From Savitreella phatthalungensis (taxonomy: Eukaryota): 64,000 bases of DNA. A program made the translations under genes and the position numbers. The notes under the pieces were generated by a model. The model was given only the letters and a program-made list of their open reading frames with translations. It ran no database searches and was not told the origin of the DNA. Of the stretch, positions 31,709-43,208 are shown one piece after another (position 1 is the stretch's first letter; the number at the start of each line of letters is the position of its first letter). Location: assembly GCA_051599415.1 (NCBI GenBank), contig AP039695.1:434001-498000 (forward strand). The letters are read 5' to 3'.

Positions 31709-33787
31709 CTATGAATGTCGAGCTGGTCCAAGTCGACTAGCGAAGTTGCCGGTTTTGGTAGAATTGGTGCTTGTCGGTGTATTTGAGGATGCTAGTTTGG
31801 AAGCATTCGTCGGCGGAGTCTTCCCACCCTCTCTCACATCATCACGCGATCGGCCTTCACGCTCACCCACAGCCACCTCACCACGCCCTCGACCTATCGA
31901 CCTACCATCACCGGGCGATCGTGATCTTGAACGCCGTCTGCGATCACCGTTAGTGCCGGACGACCGCGGTGGTGGGGGTGTGCGACTGCGGTGACGAGAA
32001 GGACGACGATCGTCATAGGCGTCGTAGTCGAGATCGCGGTAGCCATTGTTGGCGCGGCGGTAGTACGGGGGATCGCCATTGCGAGGACGTGGTCGGGAAT
32101 CGTCCCCACGATGACGACGTAGGTCATCGTGCCAACCACCACCACCACCAACCTCACGACGACGGTAACCGTCACCGTCAGAATCGTGAGCGTCGCTGTC
32201 GTAGCGGTGGTCACGCCTATCGCGATCGCGATCGCGAAGGGTTGGGTAGTCTCTGGTGGTCGGGGAGTCCCTGAAGCGGTGGTCCGATCGCCAGTCTCTG
32301 TATGGTTCGCGGTCTCGTGAGGGGTTGCCGTTGGTTGATGATGATGGTGGAGGAGGGCGAGCGTCGCGGGTGCCGCGGTAACCAGAGTCGGATCTGCTGG
32401 GCGGGTAAGCGCTGCCGTGGCGTTGAGGAGCCCTGCTGTCACGTCCACCTGTAGAGGTGAGAGCGTCGCGGATCACGGCATCCTCGTGCGCAGCCTTTGG
32501 CGCATCTGGCGCGCTCGACCGACCACCCGTAGCCATTGGAACAGCAGCATCTTTTGCAGCCACGGGAATTGGTGCGATCATCGGTACCTTTGCAGCAGCT
32601 TTGCCAGTCTGCTTGTATTTCTCCTTGTCGATCTCGTGCGATGGCTCGTACTGCGGCAGATCTTCGGGTTCTGCTGGACGTGGGTCGGTGGTGAAGAATT
32701 CGTGGTCGAGGGCGGCTTCTGCCGAAGGCCGCTTGTCGTGGTTGATTGAGAGGAGCTTCGAGAGCAAATCAGTGCCGGGCGGACCGAGTCGAGGCGCAAA
32801 TCGCTGCTCCAGCGTCCGCGTACACGGTCGATACGTTCTCATCGGCTCTGCACCGGGCAGCGACTGCCATCCAGGCCAATCGCGCTCGCTAGGAGTTCCA
32901 CACAGCTGCCAGACGAGTTCGCACTGATTGAGGTCGGTGGCACCACGCATGATTGGTCTTCGTTCGTACATCTCAGCCAGAATGCAGCCTGCACCCCATA
33001 GATCCGCTGCGCCAGTGTAGCGTCTGTCACCGAGAAGGATTTCCGGCGGACGGTACCACCGCGTGACAACCATGTTTGTGTATTCGCGTCGTGGCTGATC
33101 TGGTGGCGGGTTGTTGTCGAAGAGTCTGGCAAGGCCGAAGTCTGCAATCTGGACAATACCGTGGTTGTTCACAAGCAGGTTGGCAGCCTTCATGTCACGA
33201 TGGAGGATACCCTTGTTGTGCAGGTACGAGAGTCCCTGGAGGACCTGACGAAAGTAGCACTTGATCTGAGGCACGGTGATGTCGACAGCAGGGTTGTCGA
33301 GCAGACCACACAGGTCATGGTCCATATAAGGTGTGACCATGCAGATCTCCCCGCGCTGCTTCTTGTGACGATCACCGCGCTCGACCGTCATATCGCACAG
33401 TCGAATAACGTTTGGGTGATCGAGCATCTTGAGAATCTTGATCTCTCTTAATGCAGTGATTGGGAACCCATCCTTCTCGTTGTGCAACAGAATCCGCTTG
33501 AGTGCGACAATCTCCTTGGTTTTCCTGTGCTCAGCCTTTGTGACGATGCCGAAGGTGCCCTCACCAAGCTTCTCGAGCAGATTGTACTCCTTCAGCTGAC
33601 TGCATCCTGCAAACTCACGCAGTTTGACCCGCTTCGGAATCGTTGCCAGCTTTTTCAGAGGCGGCGTAGCGACCGCATCACCGGGACTCACTGGCGTCGC
33701 GGAACCAGCAGGCGTACCGTTGCCCGTGCTACTGCCTCCACCACCCACATTACCAGGCACTCCTAGGTCAGATGCTGCCCTCTTCAT
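31709..33787 (-). CDS. BUR1: Transcriptional CDK Bur1/Sgv1/Cdk9
   Basis: GEGTFG, KDGFPITALREIKILK, HRDMKAANLL, DFGLAR, YTNMVVTRWYRPPE; Arg/Asp-rich C-terminal tail. Confidence 0.94.
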   Translation of the reverse strand: MKRAASDLGVPGNVGGGGSSTGNGTPAGSATPVSPGDAVATPPLKKLATIPKRVKLREFAGCSQLKEYNLLEKLGEGTFGIVTKAEHRKTKEIVALKRILLHNEKDGFPITALREIKILKMLDHPNVIRLCDMTVERGDRHKKQRGEICMVTPYMDHDLCGLLDNPAVDITVPQIKCYFRQVLQGLSYLHNKGILHRDMKAANLLVNNHGIVQIADFGLARLFDNNPPPDQPRREYTNMVVTRWYRPPEILLGDRRYTGAADLWGAGCILAEMYERRPIMRGATDLNQCELVWQLCGTPSERDWPGWQSLPGAEPMRTYRPCTRTLEQRFAPRLGPPGTDLLSKLLSINHDKRPSAEAALDHEFFTTDPRPAEPEDLPQYEPSHEIDKEKYKQTGKAAAKVPMIAPIPVAAKDAAVPMATGGRSSAPDAPKAAHEDAVIRDALTSTGGRDSRAPQRHGSAYPPSRSDSGYRGTRDARPPPPSSSTNGNPSRDREPYRDWRSDHRFRDSPTTRDYPTLRDRDRDRRDHRYDSDAHDSDGDGYRRREVGGGGGWHDDLRRHRGDDSRPRPRNGDPPYYRRANNGYRDLDYDAYDDRRPSRHRSRTPPPPRSSGTNGDRRRRSRSRSPGDGRSIGRGRGEVAVGEREGRSRDDVREGGKTPPTNASKLASSNTPTSTNSTKTGNFASRLGPARHS

Positions 33788-34280
33788 CTCCCCGGCTCCA
33801 TCCGTCTCACGTCGTCTGACTCTGACTCGAATAAGTGAGGTGACAGTAGGTGCAATGAAGACGATCTACCGAGTGACAGGATAGACGAGGAAGCGATGAC
33901 TGGCTCCTCTTTCACCTGACGGGCTGTCAGCGAGAGTGATTGAAGGTGGGCGACCGGTGGAGGTTGCAGTATGCCCGTCGTCTTCGTCATTTTTATGATA
34001 CGAATAATGCGGGTAGGCACGCGAATCCGAGTCTGATCACGAGCACGGAGAATGGAATTCCAAAAAGTGGGAGAATGCAGCATGCATCATCATCACTCTA
34101 AAGGGGAATGGAAGAACAGAAAAGAGAGACTCTAGGTTCAACCACTCGAGACTTGAAGAGCTATAAGCATGGAGCCAATGCAATCATGATGACTGGTCGT
34201 AAGGGTGTCGGTTCCTTGTGAATTGAATAGCATATCTACAGACGACAGTCAAGGCAGTTGATGAGACAAAAAGGATTGGC

Positions 34281-35294
34281 TTATGCGGCGACCTTCTTTG
34301 TGAGCTCTGGCACGGCCTCGAACAGGTCAGCAACGAGACCGACGTCGGCGATCTGGAAGATCGGTGCGTCACCGTCCTTGTTGACGGCTGCGATGACCTT
34401 CGAGTCCTTCATGCCTGCGAGATGCTGAATGGCGCCAGAGATGCCGACTGCGATGTATAGCTCTGGTGCGACGACCTTGCCGGTCTGACCGACCTGAAGG
34501 GAGTTGTCTGCATAGCCCGCATCGACTGCCGCGCGAGATGCACCGACGGCTGCACCGAGCGCATCGGCAAGCGGCACAATCACCTTGTCAAAGTTGTCCT
34601 TGTCCTTGACTCCACGTCCACCAGAGACGACTCTTGCAGCTGAGCCGAGGTCTGGACGCTCACTCTTGGCCAGCTGCTCACTCTGCCAAACTGTGTTGAT
34701 TGACTCCTTTGGATCCTGACCGTCCTCGACCGTGGCTGAGCCTCCCTCTGCCTTTGCAGGCTCGAAAGCGGTTCCGCGGACTGTGACGAGCTTGACCTTG
34801 TCGGTCGACTGGATGGTGGCAATGGCGTTACCTGCGTAGATTGGGCGGACGAATGTGTCCTCAGATTGGACGTCGGTGATGTCTGATACCTGAGCGACGT
34901 CTAGGAGTGCTGCGGTTCGAGGCATGACGTTCTTGCCAAACGCGGAGTGTGCAGCAAAGAGATGTGTATAGGAGCCTGCCTCGACGTTTGCCTTGAGGAG
35001 CGGTGCCCATGCCTCTGGGAGTCCGTGGTCATATGCATCGCTCTCGATGACGAGAAGCTTTTCGATGCCAGAAATTCCCTTGACTTGCTCTGCTACAGAC
35101 TTTGCGCTCTTTCCAGCGATGATGCCGTGGACTGATCCTCCGACCTTGGCTGCTGCTGTGATGGCAGAGAGGGTTGTTGGTGTTACCTTGCCGTCGATGT
35201 GTTCGATGACTGCGAGTGTGGATCCATTGCGTGTGGATGAAGTGATGAGACTCCTGCGAGCGAAGACTGATCGTGCGCACCTGCTAGCGAGCAT
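34281..35294 (-). CDS. AIM45: Electron transfer flavoprotein alpha subunit, mitochondrial
   Basis: Presequence; [53 protein letters not shown]. Confidence 0.97.
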   Translation of the reverse strand: MLASRCARSVFARRSLITSSTRNGSTLAVIEHIDGKVTPTTLSAITAAAKVGGSVHGIIAGKSAKSVAEQVKGISGIEKLLVIESDAYDHGLPEAWAPLLKANVEAGSYTHLFAAHSAFGKNVMPRTAALLDVAQVSDITDVQSEDTFVRPIYAGNAIATIQSTDKVKLVTVRGTAFEPAKAEGGSATVEDGQDPKESINTVWQSEQLAKSERPDLGSAARVVSGGRGVKDKDNFDKVIVPLADALGAAVGASRAAVDAGYADNSLQVGQTGKVVAPELYIAVGISGAIQHLAGMKDSKVIAAVNKDGDAPIFQIADVGLVADLFEAVPELTKKVAA

Positions 35295-35448
35295 CTTTTA
35301 AGAGGCGCGGATGTAGAAGCTGACTGCTGTATGAGATAATGTTGAATGGTGTCAAGAAGGTATGAGAGTGAGAGGAAAGGTGTACGTAGAGAGAGTTGTG
35401 TGGAGTACAGTATAGCTAGCTAGCTGTATGTATGGATGTGAGAATCCG

Positions 35449-35477
35449 GAGAGAGACAGAGAGAGAGAGAGAGAGAG
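35449..35477 (+). repeat. (GA)n microsatellite, i.e. a CT tract upstream of ETF-alpha on the - strand
   Basis: gagagagacagagagagagagagagagag. Confidence 0.85.
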
Positions 35478-36112
35478 CCAGGGTAGTTCTGTATGGATGA
35501 TCCAGTCGACTAGTGTTGAGCAGGTGAAATGAGTACGTGTGAATGCAACCCAGTAAATTAATTACAATTAGTGAAGAAATTATAGACTTTGGAGTATGTA
35601 GAGCACATGTCTATCTATCCGTTTGATTATCGTATAAGCCGCGGTCAGAAATTTACTAAATTTATATCAATCATCTACTCAATCACATGTACACTTAATA
35701 TTTAATCTGATATTGAAGTGATCGGTCATCCATTCAAAGACAGTAGAGAAGAAGAGAGATGTAAGAAGAATCTATATCATCGATACTATCCATATTGATA
35801 TACTTGTACTGCAGTGGTATCTGAATTACTGCAGCGGAGATGATTCCGCTTCTAACACGTGACCACAGCAGATCACATCCGATCAACCACCATCCATATG
35901 CACACACATACACACATCCACACATCCCTACAACACTCCTTCAACGCTCTACTCCATCTGCTCCATCTACTCCATCCAAGCAGTGGAACAAACGTCAACA
36001 AACAGACACATACACACACCTTTCTAGACCTAGACGTTCTCTTCTTTCTTTTGACTCTTCTGCAAATTCCTCCTCCTCATGATCTGACGTGACGGTCTAG
36101 TATGACCCAGAT

Positions 36113-38942
36113 ATGATCAACATCTCACCTGTAGCCCTTTATTCCGGCCCAAGCTCTAGACAGCAGCAGCAACAGCAACATCAACAATCGCGCTCAGACT
36201 CGCAGCCAGGACAGCGTCTCAATGGAGCCACTCAGCAGGGCACCAGGCTAGTCAACGATCATGCAGAAACAGCAGTAGCTCGGTACGTTTCAGAAATCAC
36301 TTCCCTAGTGCTCATGGTCTTCCTTGCCCTCGGAAAGCCCTACTTTGACACAAACAAACACTGACACGCACAAACAGACTTACAGATCTTCTCAAGACAC
36401 CAGATGTAAGGATCTCCAAGTCTTGCGCTCACCCCTGGATTGCAATAGCACCTCGGCCCTCATCTGCACATACTCCTGCATCGGTATCTGCATGCCAAGA
36501 CACAGAAGACTGACTCTCCTGCAGGATCTCGACAAAATTGATGCCCTCATCGAACGCTTCACTCGCGAAAGAGCAGCACTCGATGCTCAGCTCAACGTCG
36601 CAATCCAAGCGCAACTCGACATCATCCAATCAGGTCTCGGCGCCATCACTACAGCTCAGAATGACATGGTCAACATCAAGCAGGAGATGGAAAAGCTAGA
36701 CAAGACCTGCACAGACACACAATCCCTCGTCCGCGACTTTGCCACAATAGACACAATATCAAAGTGTCATATCAACTTTGCCAATACGCTCGAGATGGTC
36801 GAGCACCTCGAATCTATGGGAGAGACACTCGAGAATCTCCGACAACAGCTCGACCAAGATCGAGAATCAGCCGAAGCCCAGGCAAACTCAAGGAACTTGC
36901 TGCCAATGCACTTTCAGCTCTCAAAGCTCCTCGACTTCCGGGATCAGGCGCTCAGGCAGGCTGTCAAAGCACGCAAGGACGTCCAGGAAACCCTTCGCCG
37001 GTATTTCATCCCGCTCGACAAGTTCGAGCGCGAGTTCGAAGAGCATCTTTTCATGCTCTCCTCCATTCTGCTCGACATTCTCCGGACAGGAGATCCCTCA
37101 GTCGTCGTCCGCGTCTGCAAAATCATCTACATGGAAGACCAGCAGGACAAGCGCGCACAAGCGCTCGAGCAGGCCTCGAAGACATCCGCGAGATCGACAA
37201 ACCAGCAGCGATCGACATCCAGCGGCAACACTGGCAGCTGGAGTGCCTCTGCTTCATCTGCCGCCGACAACAGCATCATCAAACGCTTCGGCGCCTTTGC
37301 CAACACCGGTCGTCAGTCACGTGACTACAAGGCCAAATTCCTGTCTGCGATCGAGCGAGCTGTCAAAGCAGACTTCCAAGGCTGTGCAGAATCCTTCAAC
37401 GAGCCACTCGAGATGCTCGACAACCTAGAGTGGATATTCCAGGACCTTACTCTCGTCCAGGAAGAGCTTGTCAAGAGGACGCCTCCGGAATGGGGCATGT
37501 TTGACGTCTTCGTTGGTTTCTATCATTCGAATTTGAGTGATCTCCTCAACAAAGTTGTCAAGCTCGAGCCAGATGGCCAGACGATTCTTAAGCTCCTTGA
37601 ATGGGTCAAGCTGTACAACTCGACGATGAAGGCTGAACTCGGTGTGGATGTCAAGAATCTAGAGCCAAAATTGTTGGACGGTCGCGAGAACGAGCTTGTG
37701 GAGGACTATCTGAAGCTGATCGTGCGCAAACTCGAAGAATGGATGTCGTCGCTGGAGAAGACAGAAACCAAATCATTTGTCGAGCGGACAGAATCTCCTG
37801 AAGAGTCTCCGGAGGGGATCTACGGCATGCAGGGTGCAGTCATCATGTTCCAAATGGTGTCCCAACAGATTGACGTGGCAGCAGACAGCGGACAGGGACG
37901 CGTGCTCGCCAGTGTTGTCTCTGAGTGCGATCGCGTGATGGCCAAGACCCGCGAGCACTGGCAACAGATGCTGGAGCACGAGGTCAGTCTGGTCAAGTCG
38001 TCGCGAGAACGACTTGCACAATCGACCAACTCGAACAGATCAGGCGGAGACCAATCCGGCGTTGACGAACCACCGCCAGGTCTAACTGACTATATCATGG
38101 CCCTGGCAAACGACCAGATCCGGGCGGCGGACTATTGCGAGGCCATCTCTGCACGTCTCTCGCCACTCGTGTCTGCCAAGTACGGCAAACCGATCGTAGA
38201 CGCGCTCTCATCGTCTACCGACGGCTTCCTCGACCTTGCCAAATCATGCCTGTCACAGCTTGTGGAATTGATCTCACTCGATGTGAGGGCAGCGTTCGAC
38301 ACGCTCTTTACAAAGGCTTGGTATGATGATTCTCACGCCGGAGCGATGAAGCTCATCTGTAACACGTACGCAGAGTACCTCGAGGACGTCCAGGCTCACT
38401 TGACTCCCGATCTCAGGGGCGTCTTTGTCGAAGCACTCTTGGAGAGCTTCATTGCAGACTACATCTCCGCTATGGCATCCAACAAGAAGGCAACCTACAA
38501 ACCACCGGCGTGTTTCGACCTCATCACAGAAGAGATCTCAGAGGCAATCCGCTTATTCAATGCCCACATGGAGATGGATCTCCTCCAACAGCAATTCGAC
38601 GTCCTCGATCTCTGCATTGCCATCCTCCAAGTCGACTCGAATACTATTGACGAGGACTATGCGAAGCTGAAGCAGCTGTGTCCGGACGTACCGAACTGGG
38701 TGGTCGAAGGCATTCTCTCGAGACGCGATGACCTCGGGAAGAAAGAAGTCAAGTCGCTCATGGACCAAGTCAGGCAGACTGCTCTCGCCCTCCAAAGCAA
38801 CCCTCACGCACTCGATCCCGCAAACTCCAGCACAGGCAGCACCACCAATAACACCGTCGGAGCAAGTGCCACAGCAACAAGCGGCGATTCAGGCATTGCA
38901 GGCGTTCAAACAGTCATGTCGAAAGTCCGAAAGCAGTCGTAG
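36113..38942 (+). CDS. SEC6: Exocyst subunit Sec6; exons 36113-36282, 36378-36405, 36525-38942
   Basis: Splicing (GTACGT..CTGAC..AACAG; GTAAGG..CTGAC..TGCAG) restores the conserved N-terminus AVARLTDLLKTPDDLDKID; also MFQMVSQQIDVAA and YIMALANDQI. Confidence 0.92.
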
Positions 38943-38966
38943 AGAGAGAGTGGGAAGAATTGTATT

Positions 38967-40124
38967 CTATTTACTGGTTGATGACATCGTCTCCATTGAC
39001 CTCTTCCTTTGGAGCGTCTTTGTCCTTCTCCTTGTCCTTGTCCTTCTCTGCTGTTGCGGCTGCGGCAGCATCTTTTTCGCAGTCTGGTCACGCTCGCGTT
39101 CACGGCGTGCGTCCTCCTGTGTTTTCCGATTGTCGATAAGATCGTGTAGTGCCATGACAGCACGAACGAGCGAGCCCAGATACACCGTCATCATACTGTC
39201 GTGCATCTGAGATCTGAAAGCGCCAGCAAGCTCAGACTCCGACCGACCAGCGAGGTCACGAGCGTGAACGCCCGGCATCGATACACCATCCTCATCCACA
39301 CCACCACCATCAATCTGCATCCCATCGCCATCGGCAGACGCCATGATAGCCCGCTGAGCTGCAGCAGCGCCGGCGTCTGCGGGTGCCAGATTCGGTAGCA
39401 GATTAAAGATGTCCTGGAGTGCGGCTAGGATGGTGTGGTTGACTGGGAGTTTGCGAGCGATCACGTTCTCTAGGTATACTTGGATTTCGTGAAGTCTGGA
39501 TGTGAGGCCCTGGAGGGATCTCAACTGCTGCTCGATCCGCTGTGACAGCGTACCCGTACTCTGGTCCCGAACATCACGCAGCAAGTGACCAACACCAATC
39601 TCCTCAGCCTCCTCAGCCTCAATCACGCTAGGGCAGTGGACAAACGTCCGGCTAGTGCTAGATCCATCATCCTTGATCTCCTCCACCGCAAAGTACGCAT
39701 CCGTCGGAATACCCACCGTCGGATTCACGTCAACAACCACAAGAACAGGGTTGGGAATCCACCGCTTGAACAGCTCGTTGATCTGGAGATCAGAAGCTCG
39801 TAATTTCGGACCGCTGTGGTACCAGCCGATCATCTTCTCCTTTGCGTTGATCTTCTTGTACATGTCGTACATGGACTCGACAAAATTGTGGTCGAGGAAC
39901 CAGACGCTAGGATTCTTCTCATCCTCCTCAAACGGCACAGCAAACGAGTTGGCCACATTCACAGTCTTCCCATTGTTCTGACCGAGCAGCACCCCGACAA
40001 CACGCCGCTTCGTACCGCTAGCAGACCGATTGTAGCTGTCAGCAACCGAAAGGAGCACTAAGGGGTGGACGGTGACAACGGTCGACGTCAGCTCGACCGT
40101 CTCTGCGGTCGTCTGAGCCACCAT
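38967..40124 (-). CDS. RPN8: 26S proteasome lid subunit Rpn8 (C-terminal frame uncertain, see findings)
   Basis: VHPLVLLSVAD, RVVGVLLG, NSFAVPFEEDEK...WFLDHN, GWYHSGPKL, IEAEEAEEIGVGHLLRD. Confidence 0.97.
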   Translation of the reverse strand: MVAQTTAETVELTSTVVTVHPLVLLSVADSYNRSASGTKRRVVGVLLGQNNGKTVNVANSFAVPFEEDEKNPSVWFLDHNFVESMYDMYKKINAKEKMIGWYHSGPKLRASDLQINELFKRWIPNPVLVVVDVNPTVGIPTDAYFAVEEIKDDGSSTSRTFVHCPSVIEAEEAEEIGVGHLLRDVRDQSTGTLSQRIEQQLRSLQGLTSRLHEIQVYLENVIARKLPVNHTILAALQDIFNLLPNLAPADAGAAAAQRAIMASADGDGMQIDGGGVDEDGVSMPGVHARDLAGRSESELAGAFRSQMHDSMMTVYLGSLVRAVMALHDLIDNRKTQEDARRERERDQTAKKMLPQPQQQRRTRTRRRTKTLQRKRSMETMSSTSK

Positions 40125-41116
40125 CAGAAACAGTAATCGAGTTTGTCAGCTTCGAACTTTGTATCAACTACTTCGGCCGGAGTAGGAGGTGTGAGGGCCT
40201 GATGGTCGTGTGTATAGAGCGCGTAGAGACGCGACTCTGTTGGAGTTCGATCGATTGAAGAGTTAAAGGGTGTGCTTTACACCATCGATGCGCGTGTGTG
40301 AATGAGCTTCATACACAGTTGCGTACGTCAACGTCTCGCGCCACAGTTCTGATTGATGTTGTGGCTGAGCAGAGCCTGAGTCTCAATTTCGAGACACGTG
40401 AAACCTTTGCAGAATGTTATTTTATTTATAGAAACGATCGCCAGTCTCATTACCTCCTGCGTCACATTGAATTGGACCTCTTACGTAGGACGTTTCAACA
40501 ATATTGCATAAGTATTCGAGGCAGTAGACGATGATGCGCATGGTTAGCACTTCGACCTGGATCAGACTGCAATGTGAATTACTTGCCGTTCACTCGTGGT
40601 ATACAATCTGATGCCCGTCAAGATGGTCAATTGAAGGAGGAAAGGAGATTGCCTATAGGAAGCTGAGCTTTAGTCTGTTTGAAATGAGCCTGACCTGGTA
40701 CAGATTAATGGTGCTTCCTTAACACTGTTTGTACGATTGACCCGTCGCACCTCTGGCAGCGCGTCAAAACGTTCGTACACGCCAGAGTAGCTTCGGCAGT
40801 TAAATTATGCCGACAGCTGTAGCACGCCGGTCAAATGGCTGCAGCTCCACTAGGCTGTCGACATCATTTGAGTGCCAAGCCCGGTACAATTCTAAGGCCA
40901 TAGCCACCTAGTCCATTCATCCTGTATGGCTTCTAATACAGCTTGCTCGGCAGACTCCTGGATCGTATGAGACTAGGTCTATCATCCAACAAGGGCGAAA
41001 GAACATCCTCTAAAGTAAATGCTGTTCACTCTCACTCACTCGGTCACTCCTACTGACTCTCTCACCTCTCTCACTCCCTCACCTCTCTCACTCCCTCACC
41101 TCTGTCACTCTCTCAC

Positions 41117-41148
41117 CCACTCACTCACTCACTCACTCACTCACTCAC
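41117..41148 (+). repeat. (ACTC)n microsatellite inside a pyrimidine-rich tract upstream of the GH76 gene
   Basis: cactcactcactcactcactcactcactcac; similar CTCA tracts precede COX5 and RPL7. Confidence 0.8.
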
Positions 41149-41837
41149 GCGCCCTGCATACGCCTCGTACATACTGTAATCCCTGTCCCATTGTCCACCT
41201 GTGATACCCCGTGCGCGCAGCAACACACTCACTCTCATTCCCTGCCTGTCCTCCAGCTCAATCACGCCCTCCGATCGATCTACCTACTCGTACTCACAGA
41301 CGTAGCAAATCTCCAGCGCGCAATCGCCGCTCAGCGACCAGACTGTCGGTCCACTGCAATCACCCATACGCACCGTGCCATCACGTACTTGCTAGAATCT
41401 TATACATTTGTGTGCGTCTTCAGTTCTGCCTCCAGCCGGCGTCTATTAGAGCGACTCGTTCACGTCAAGTCGATTCATCTCTGCATTTCTGTCACAACTG
41501 ATTCACTTAGCCTCGCTCACCCGTCTGATTGTCCAGGCGACGCTCGCTATTTCGAATTTACCGGTGCGCGCGCAACGATCTCGTTCAGACTTGCTTGTAA
41601 TCTACCTGCAGGTCGGCACGCGCATTTATCGAGCACTTCCCAATTAACGCACACGCGACAGTGGCCTCCACACGTGCCATACTGCGCACCTCTCTCTCAA
41701 AAAGTCCGCTTTGCAAAGGGAAACGGCAAAGCTTGACGCTTGACTACATCATCTCTCCACAGACGTCCCCGATCTGCGAGCTAGATCCCGCTTCTGAACG
41801 CGATTTCTAGCGAATTGAAAGACAGTCACCTCTAAAT

Positions 41838-43208
41838 ATGAAGTTCTCCCTTGCGCCGCTGCTTCTGCTGGCTGCCGCACCATCCACACTCGCTATCGAT
41901 CTCGATCCAACATCTACATCCTCCCTGGTCAATGCTGCACAGATCGCAGCGCTCAACCTGATCCAATACTACGATGGATTTCGCAAAGGTGGCACCATTG
42001 GCATGTTCCAGTCGCCCGTCTACTGGTGGGAGGCTGGAGCAGCATGGAATGCATATGTCGACTTCTGGCACTACACTGGCAATTCGAGTTATAACCAAGT
42101 CGCTCTGACAGCCCTGCAGTGGCAGGTCGGCAGCAATAACGACTACCTTCCGTCCAACTTCTCCACATCCGCCGGTAATGATGACCAGGCTTTCTGGGCG
42201 ATGGCGGCCATGACTGCGGCAGAGCGCAACTTTACAAACCCTGCATCTAATCAACCGGGATGGCTGGCGCTTGCGCAGGCCGTGTTCAATCAGCAGGCAA
42301 CCCGATGGGACACACAGTACTGTGGTGGAGGTCTCCGTTGGCAGGTGTACGCCTTCAACACTGGTTACACGTACAAGAACTCGATTTCGACAGCTTGCTT
42401 CTTCAATCTCGCAGCTCGTCTCGCTCGCTACACAGGAAACCAGACCTACGCAGACTGGGCTGAAAAGGTGTGGCAGTGGCAACTGAGTTCCGGATTTACC
42501 AACAGCCAAACGTATGCCATCTATGACGGTGCCAGCATCTACAATTGCTCCGGCCTGAACCTGGTGCAATGGACGTACAACAACGGTCTGTTCCTGGGAG
42601 GTGCAGCATACATGTACAACTTTACAAAAGGTAACACGACCTGGCAGCAGCGTGTCGACAGCCTCATCACCCGTGCTCAGACAGATTTCTTCCAGAACAG
42701 CATTGTATTTGAGCCTGCCTGTGAGCCTTACGACATCTGCAACGTCGACCAGCACTCGTTCAAAGGTTATCTCACGCGTAATATGGGGTACACCATGTCA
42801 ATGTATCCGGGATCGATAGGTCGCTTGCAACCGTTGCTGCAAGCATCAGCCAAGGCAGCTGCGAAGGCGTGTACGGGATCACTGAACGGATTCACCCAGA
42901 TGTGTGGGTTCCACTGGACCTGGAACAACGGCACGTATGACGGCTCTAACTCTGTCGGTTTCCAGACCGGTCAGAACATGGCAGCCCTCGAGACAATTAT
43001 CGCCAACCTCGCTCTCCAGAGACCAGCACCATACACCAACGTCACAGGCGGAACGTCACAGGGCAACGCCGCAGCAGGCGTCCAAGGCTCACAGGCAACA
43101 CCTTTCTCCATCAAGCCAGCAACGACGGCCGACAAGGCAGGCGCCGGTATCCTGACGGCTTTGTTTGTTGGCGGATGTGTTGGATTCTCCTGGTGGCTGG
43201 CATTCTAG
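41838..43208 (+). CDS. DCW1: GH76 mannan endo-1,6-alpha-mannosidase (Dcw1/Dfg5), GPI-anchored
   Basis: Signal peptide; YWWEAGA, GNDDQAFW catalytic DD, CGGGLRWQ, YKNSIS, WTYN, DQHSFKG; C-terminal ADKAGAGILT + hydrophobic tail. DCW1 versus DFG5 cannot be resolved. Confidence 0.93.
   Translation: MKFSLAPLLLLAAAPSTLAIDLDPTSTSSLVNAAQIAALNLIQYYDGFRKGGTIGMFQSPVYWWEAGAAWNAYVDFWHYTGNSSYNQVALTALQWQVGSNNDYLPSNFSTSAGNDDQAFWAMAAMTAAERNFTNPASNQPGWLALAQAVFNQQATRWDTQYCGGGLRWQVYAFNTGYTYKNSISTACFFNLAARLARYTGNQTYADWAEKVWQWQLSSGFTNSQTYAIYDGASIYNCSGLNLVQWTYNNGLFLGGAAYMYNFTKGNTTWQQRVDSLITRAQTDFFQNSIVFEPACEPYDICNVDQHSFKGYLTRNMGYTMSMYPGSIGRLQPLLQASAKAAAKACTGSLNGFTQMCGFHWTWNNGTYDGSNSVGFQTGQNMAALETIIANLALQRPAPYTNVTGGTSQGNAAAGVQGSQATPFSIKPATTADKAGAGILTALFVGGCVGFSWWLAF

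Noticed and set aside
36324..36524. ORF-track N-terminus of SEC6
   Set aside because: Mostly intron sequence; splicing restores the conserved N-terminus.
40873..40879. TGCCAAG PacC/Rim101 site upstream of DCW1/DFG5
   Set aside because: A single 7-mer about 1 kb upstream; plausible but indistinguishable from chance.
41832..42755. 307-aa antisense ORF over the GH76 gene
   Set aside because: Shadow frame of a codon-biased gene; no recognisable motifs.
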